NCBI GenBank assembly: GCA_037969255.1
Contig: JBBKXB010000030.1
Location: forward strand, 1 to 50,304
Direction: 5' to 3'
DNA: 50,304 bases
DNA from: Bdellovibrionales bacterium
GTDB taxonomy: Bacteria; Pseudomonadota; Alphaproteobacteria; Micavibrionales; JBBKXB01
Of this stretch, positions 45,921-50,304 are shown one piece after another; positions within the stretch are counted from its first letter, which is position 1, and every line of letters begins with the position of its first letter. The notes beneath the pieces are model-generated. The model was not told where the DNA came from, searched no databases, and saw only the letters and a program-made list of their open reading frames with translations. The translations under genes were made by a program, and so were the position numbers.

Positions 45921-46292
45921 TTGGTGTTTGTCGTTGGTCAGAAGGTTCCAAGAGTTCGTGAAATCGACCAATATGAAGATAAATGCATATATTTATTAGC
46001 TTATTTAGATAAGGTTGCTGTCGGAACTATACGTTGGCGTTTGGAAGATGATACTGCAATCGTAGAAAGATTGGCTGTTATGGAAGACGCTCGAGGTCAG
46101 GGTGTTGCTCAAGCACTTACTTTATCTGTTATGGATGATATTTGCGATAACTCTAAAGCTAAAAAAATTAAAGTTGGTGCGCAAAGTTACCTTATTCCAT
46201 TTTATCAAAAATTTGGATTTGAAAGCATAGGGGATGAGTATTTAGAAGCTGGCACGATTCCCCATCAAGATATGGTTAAAAAAATAAACTAA
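45921..46292 (+). CDS. GNAT-family N-acetyltransferase (YjcF-like); the N-terminus probably extends upstream without a canonical start codon
   Basis: Has the acetyl-CoA motif RGQGVAQAL and the C-terminal segment FYQKFGFESIGDEYLEAGTIPHQDM. The frame is open upstream to the clpP stop and encodes IKASTQSELANCVQIRT, which looks like a GNAT N-terminus. Confidence 0.75.
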   Translation: MVFVVGQKVPRVREIDQYEDKCIYLLAYLDKVAVGTIRWRLEDDTAIVERLAVMEDARGQGVAQALTLSVMDDICDNSKAKKIKVGAQSYLIPFYQKFGFESIGDEYLEAGTIPHQDMVKKIN

Positions 46293-46305
46293 AGTTGTCC
46301 CAAAA

Positions 46306-47208
46306 TTAATTTGATAATCCAATTATTATTCCGCCTAAAAATATCAACCCTATTGAAGCAAGGTTGCGTTTGTTGGGCGTCACTTCACCGCTAAGAATAT
46401 CGCTTAACGTGACCATAGCAACGCCAACAAACCCTAGGATCATGAGCGTTGTGATGCTCAGTGCAGCAATAGAATAAGTTTGGGCAATGGCGGCAACCAT
46501 GACACAGGTCACGGCAATTATAATGCGTGAATTGGGGAGTGCTCCAGATATGCGGGCGGTCTTGTAATCTTTACTGCCAATAAACCAAAATGTTGCGAAT
46601 AAGATCGTGTTTCCTATCACTGTATGACGCAAAGGTTGGTCACCCGATAGAATGAGACAGTCTTTAAAAAACGCATAACCCACAGGCGAAATCCACATCA
46701 GTAGGATCAATAATATAATGCTTTGCCACAATGGGAATGGTGCTGGCACACGCACATCGGCTTCCTGGGCGGTAATGGGACGTGTGGATAATAAGACACC
46801 ACCTGCTATGGCTAGTATACCCCCAAGGCAATATAGAAGTGACCAACTGGATACACCGTACCAAAAATAATCAATGATGATTGAGGCGACCATACTCAAA
46901 CCACGACGATACCCATTTAATTCTGTGAGCGCTTGATAACGAGATAAAAAGACCAACACGTAATTGGCCAAAAGGCATAAGCATAGCCAAGCGAAAAGTT
47001 TGTACCAATAAATAGCAGGGAATATAAAACTGCTATGGTCATTATAAACCAATACGGCGCCTATAACTGCAAATAAAGGAATGGCCCAAACGGTTTGCGC
47101 CATAACACCTGTGGTACTTGCGCCAGCTTTACGAGAGAATTTATTGACGATCGAAACTGAGGTGAAACAAATGCGGGCTATGAGTTCAAGAAAAATGGGG
47201 ACGAACAT
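46306..47208 (-). CDS. DMT-superfamily (EamA-like) permease
   Basis: 300-aa ORF with roughly ten hydrophobic helices in two similar halves. I have no specific subfamily assignment. Confidence 0.6.
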   Translation of the reverse strand: MFVPIFLELIARICFTSVSIVNKFSRKAGASTTGVMAQTVWAIPLFAVIGAVLVYNDHSSFIFPAIYWYKLFAWLCLCLLANYVLVFLSRYQALTELNGYRRGLSMVASIIIDYFWYGVSSWSLLYCLGGILAIAGGVLLSTRPITAQEADVRVPAPFPLWQSIILLILLMWISPVGYAFFKDCLILSGDQPLRHTVIGNTILFATFWFIGSKDYKTARISGALPNSRIIIAVTCVMVAAIAQTYSIAALSITTLMILGFVGVAMVTLSDILSGEVTPNKRNLASIGLIFLGGIIIGLSN

Positions 47209-47335
47209 TTATATTCTACCTTTTTGTTGTTATGAACGCACCAGACACGCTATGATTTTTAAAGCTTGATCTGTAGACAAATGAGAATCACGCCCTAGTT
47301 GAATAAGTATAGCGAACAAGATTAGGTTTAAAAAA

Positions 47336-49738
47336 ATGATTAAAAAAATGCCCGTCCTACCACTGCGTGATATCGTTGTGTTCCCTCATATGATTGTGCC
47401 GTTATTTGTAGGGCGTGATCGCTCTGTGGCGGCACTCGAACAAGCGCTTGAGGATGACCGCCTTGTGATGCTCGTGAGCCAGAAAAATGCCAACACGGAC
47501 AGCCCTAAAGAAAAAGACATTTATAAACTTGGCACTATTGGCAAAGTGCTCCAGCTTTTGAAATTACCAGATGGCACGGTCAAAGTGCTTGTTGAGGGCA
47601 TTGAACGCGCCAAATTATTAGACCTTGTTGATAATGGCACCATGTTCGAGTGCGAGGCGCAAATGCTGGGCGAAGTTGCCCCTGATATGGATGAATTGAA
47701 AAAACTCGCGGGCGCTGTGCAATCCGAATTTGAAGAGTATGTGAAGCTTAATAAAAAAATTGCGCCTGAGCTTATGGTGTCCATCAATCAAATTGATGAT
47801 CCATCAAAACTTGCCGATACCATTGCCGCGCATCTAAATTTATCCCTTGAAGAAAAACAAGAATTGCTTGAATTGCCAAAAGTTTCAGGTCGTCTCGATC
47901 GTATTTTTGCCGCGATGGAAAGCGAAATTGGCGTTTTGAAAGTTGAAAGACGCATTAAATCACGCGTGAAACAACAGATGGAAAAAAATCAGCGCGAGTA
48001 TTATTTGAATGAGCAAATGAAGGCCATTCAAAAAGAATTGCATGATGACGGCGAAGGCAATTCCGAAATGGGTGAGATAGAAGCCAAGATTAAAGCCACA
48101 AAGTTTTCTAAAGAAGCGCGCGAAAAAGTGACCGCCGAGTTTAAAAAACTTAAACAAATGAGCTCAATGGCGGCCGAAGCGGGTGTTATCCGCAATTACA
48201 TTGATTGGCTGACATCCATTCCGTGGAAAAAATACACGTCTGTCAAAAAAGATCTTAAAAACGCAGAAAAAGTGCTTAACAGCGATCATTACGGGCTTGA
48301 AAAAGTTAAAGACCGTATTTTGGAATATTTAGCCGTGCAAGTGCGCTCTAATACCGTTAAAGGGCCTATATTGTGCCTTGTGGGGCCTCCTGGGGTTGGT
48401 AAAACATCGCTTGGTCAATCAATTGCTAAGGCCACAAATCGTAAGTTTGTTCGTATGGCGTTGGGCGGGGTGCGTGACGAGAGTGAAATCCGCGGTCATC
48501 GTCGTACCTATATTGGTTCTATGCCAGGGCGCATTATCCAAGGATTGAAAAAAGCGAAATCCGCTAATCCATTGTTCTTACTTGATGAGATAGATAAATT
48601 GGGTAACGACTGGCGCGGCGATCCAAGTTCGGCGCTTTTAGAGGTACTTGATCCTGAACAAAACTCTACGTTTAACGATCATTATTTAGAGGTTGATTAT
48701 GATCTCTCGAAAGTTATGTTCGTGTGTACGGCCAATAGTATGAACATTCCGCACGCGCTGCGTGATCGTATGGAAATCATTCATATTTCTGGGTACACAG
48801 AAGAAGAAAAATTGGAGATTGTTGACCGTCATTTGATGGACAAACAACGCAAAGCCGCGAATTTAAAAAAATCAGAAATTAAAATCTCCAAAGAAACCGT
48901 GCGCCAACTCATACGTTATTATACGCGCGAGGCGGGCGTTCGTAATTTGGAACGAGAAATTGCCAAATTATGTCGCAAAGCCGTTAAGGAAATTATCGTC
49001 AGCAATAAAAAAAGCGTGTCTATCACGCCGTCCAACTTGGAAAAATACGCAGGCGTTAAGAAATTCCGTTACGGTCTAATCGAAGAAGAAAACCGTGTGG
49101 GCGTGGTCAACGGGCTTGCCTATACTGAGAGTGGCGGCGATTTACTGCCTATTGAGGCCGTGAACATGCCCGGTAAAGATGGCAAAGTGACCTATACAGG
49201 TAATCTTAAAGATGTGATGAAGGAATCGATTGTGGTCGCTGAAATGCTTATCAAGTCGCGCGCGCGTGATTTTGGTATTAAGTATTCTGAGCTTAACAAA
49301 CGACAACTCCATGTTCACGTGCCTGAAGGGGCTGTGCCAAAAGATGGTCCTAGTGCGGGCGCGGCGATGGTCACAGCGATCGTCTCGAGCCTCACAGACA
49401 ATCCAATTCGCCGCGATGTCGCAATGACGGGTGAAGTGAATTTAAGAGGCCGTGTGACAGCCATTGGCGGATTGAAGGAAAAATTGCTCTCAGCGCTTCG
49501 TGCGGGCATCACCGAAGTAATGATTCCCGAAGAAAATGTGAAGGATTTAGCCGATCTTCCCGCCATAATTAGGAAAAAACTCACTATTTCCCCAGTTTCC
49601 ACCATAGATGAGGTGCTTTTAATTGCTCTTGAGAATCCTCTCCAACCTATTGATATTAATGAAGAAGATCAAGAAGATGCACCGCAAAAAAGCTTGGAAA
49701 GCGCAGATTCTTTGGGTTCTAACGTAATTAGTCATTGA
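47336..49738 (+). CDS. lon: ATP-dependent protease Lon
   Basis: 800-aa ORF with an N-terminal LON domain (PVLPLRDIVVFPHMIVPLFVGR), Walker A (GPPGVGKTS) and the protease Ser context PKDGPSAG. Confidence 0.97.
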   Translation: MIKKMPVLPLRDIVVFPHMIVPLFVGRDRSVAALEQALEDDRLVMLVSQKNANTDSPKEKDIYKLGTIGKVLQLLKLPDGTVKVLVEGIERAKLLDLVDNGTMFECEAQMLGEVAPDMDELKKLAGAVQSEFEEYVKLNKKIAPELMVSINQIDDPSKLADTIAAHLNLSLEEKQELLELPKVSGRLDRIFAAMESEIGVLKVERRIKSRVKQQMEKNQREYYLNEQMKAIQKELHDDGEGNSEMGEIEAKIKATKFSKEAREKVTAEFKKLKQMSSMAAEAGVIRNYIDWLTSIPWKKYTSVKKDLKNAEKVLNSDHYGLEKVKDRILEYLAVQVRSNTVKGPILCLVGPPGVGKTSLGQSIAKATNRKFVRMALGGVRDESEIRGHRRTYIGSMPGRIIQGLKKAKSANPLFLLDEIDKLGNDWRGDPSSALLEVLDPEQNSTFNDHYLEVDYDLSKVMFVCTANSMNIPHALRDRMEIIHISGYTEEEKLEIVDRHLMDKQRKAANLKKSEIKISKETVRQLIRYYTREAGVRNLEREIAKLCRKAVKEIIVSNKKSVSITPSNLEKYAGVKKFRYGLIEEENRVGVVNGLAYTESGGDLLPIEAVNMPGKDGKVTYTGNLKDVMKESIVVAEMLIKSRARDFGIKYSELNKRQLHVHVPEGAVPKDGPSAGAAMVTAIVSSLTDNPIRRDVAMTGEVNLRGRVTAIGGLKEKLLSALRAGITEVMIPEENVKDLADLPAIIRKKLTISPVSTIDEVLLIALENPLQPIDINEEDQEDAPQKSLESADSLGSNVISH

Positions 49739-49875
49739 AATCTATTTGAATCAGGTATAAATATAATAATGCTGTAGCCGTTATGGTGCCTTTGATGTAG
49801 CGTAATGGTGAAGCACGAGACGTGAATTTTTCATGTTTTGTTATTTTTAACCTAAACCTTAAAGGGGATTTTACC

Positions 49876-50157
49876 ATGAACAAAGGTGAACTCGTATCTG
49901 CCGTAGCTCAAGAAGCCGGTCTAACAAAAACTAACGCTGAAACAGCTGTAAATGCTGTTTTCCAAACAATCCGTAACTCAGTATCAAAGGGCGAAGAAGT
50001 CCGTCTTATTGGTTTCGGTACATTTGCTGTGACTAACCGTGCTGCCTCAACAGGTCGCAACCCACGCACAGGCGAGCCAATCAAAATTCCAGCGAAGAAG
50101 CAAGTAAAGTTCAAAGCTGGTAAAGATCTTAAAGAATCAGTGAACAAGAAAAAATAA
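49876..50157 (+). CDS. hup: nucleoid-associated DNA-binding protein HU
   Basis: ATG 49876 (MNKGELVSAVAQEAGLTK) follows an AAAGGGGA SD. It contains RNPRTGEPIKIPA and sits in the usual position downstream of lon. Confidence 0.95.
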   Translation: MNKGELVSAVAQEAGLTKTNAETAVNAVFQTIRNSVSKGEEVRLIGFGTFAVTNRAASTGRNPRTGEPIKIPAKKQVKFKAGKDLKESVNKKK

Positions 50158-50184
50158 TTTCTCGTTCGACGATTATATATCAAA

Positions 50185-50211
50185 GCCCTGCTGTCATAGC
50201 GGGGCTTTTTT
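50185..50211 (+). terminator. rho-independent terminator after hup
   Basis: GCCCTGCT-GTCAT-AGCGGGGC (8 bp, one G.U pair) followed by TTTTTT. Confidence 0.8.
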
Positions 50212-50232
50212 ATGAGCATCTGAAAACAATAT

Positions 50233-50262
50233 ATTGACATAACATATTTAATATGACATATT
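50233..50262 (+). promoter_or_regulatory. putative promoter containing the ATTGACATA box
   Basis: TTGACA (50234-50239), 17-nt spacer, CATATT (50257-50262). A second TGACATA lies at 50254-50260. A GAGGAG SD and ATG 50288 follow. Confidence 0.35.
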
Positions 50263-50287
50263 CTTTAATAATTTAGAGGAGAACATC

Positions 50288-50304
50288 ATGTCAGATATGG
50301 GTAA
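50288..50304 (+). CDS. 5' end of an unidentified gene (runs off the right edge)
   Basis: ATG 50288 lies 6 nt after a GAGGAG SD. Only MSDMG is visible. Confidence 0.3.

Noticed and set aside
47209-47335. Sigma32 (RpoH) heat-shock promoter upstream of lon.
   Set aside because: A CTTG is present, but the nearest CCCTAG-like element is about 24 nt away rather than 17-18 nt. No convincing match.
1-50304. CRISPR arrays, IS elements or transposases, integrases, prophage genes, restriction-modification or other known defence modules, and toxin-antitoxin pairs.
   Set aside because: I saw no direct-repeat/spacer periodicity, no terminal inverted repeats flanking a transposase-like ORF, and no nuclease, ATPase or RT-type ORFs outside the housekeeping genes listed. 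The XRE regulator at 7634..8074 has no small partner ORF.

Overview
This window looks like a compact chromosomal segment of a moderately A+T-rich alphaproteobacterium. That call rests on gene order and protein signatures; the exact taxon cannot be determined from the sequence alone. I support about 50 protein genes, 4 tRNAs and a few hairpin terminators.

The backbone is conserved housekeeping synteny:
- rimP-nusA-infB on the minus strand. infB runs off the left edge and is missing from the ORF track.
- trmB, metK, an XRE regulator and lnt, then corC-ybeY-miaB.
- HAD-IIA hydrolase, an MsbA-like ABC exporter and DUF192.
- tRNA-Pro, MAPEG, rplM-rpsI, a CsaA-like tRNA-binding protein and a gamma-CA-like protein.
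- phaC, glpX, recJ, tRNA-Glu and an EF-hand protein.
- A double-DUF350 protein translationally coupled to an SbtA-family permease.
- Two orphan response regulators, a frameshifted pirin, msrA, a DEAD-box helicase and lptD.
- tRNA-Leu, tRNA-His, tig, clpP, lon and hup.

Inserted into this backbone are lineage-specific ORFan genes that look more A+T-rich by eye:
- 9681-10814: three small exported Cys proteins.
- 11678-12094.
- 14009-17906: a tandem paralog pair, an exported Cys protein and a 733-aa membrane coiled-coil protein.
- 24025-25809.
- 29640-30062.
- 39208-39657.
- 41993-43186.

I saw no CRISPR array, IS or transposase, integrase, prophage, or recognisable defence or toxin genes, and I cannot point to a clear multi-gene novel system.

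The most checkable unusual signals are:
- A shared extreme C-terminal motif (NTGSAIPxL) on two unrelated exported proteins.
- A 9-mer, ATTGACATA, found at four sites, each upstream of an ORFan or unidentified gene.
- The ORFan cassettes that break the miaB-lnt and clpP-lon synteny, with phoH and clpX absent.
- An inverted 19/20-nt copy of the tRNA-Pro T-arm region just downstream of that tRNA.
- Two probably damaged genes: a pirin frameshift and an in-frame TGA at 39451.
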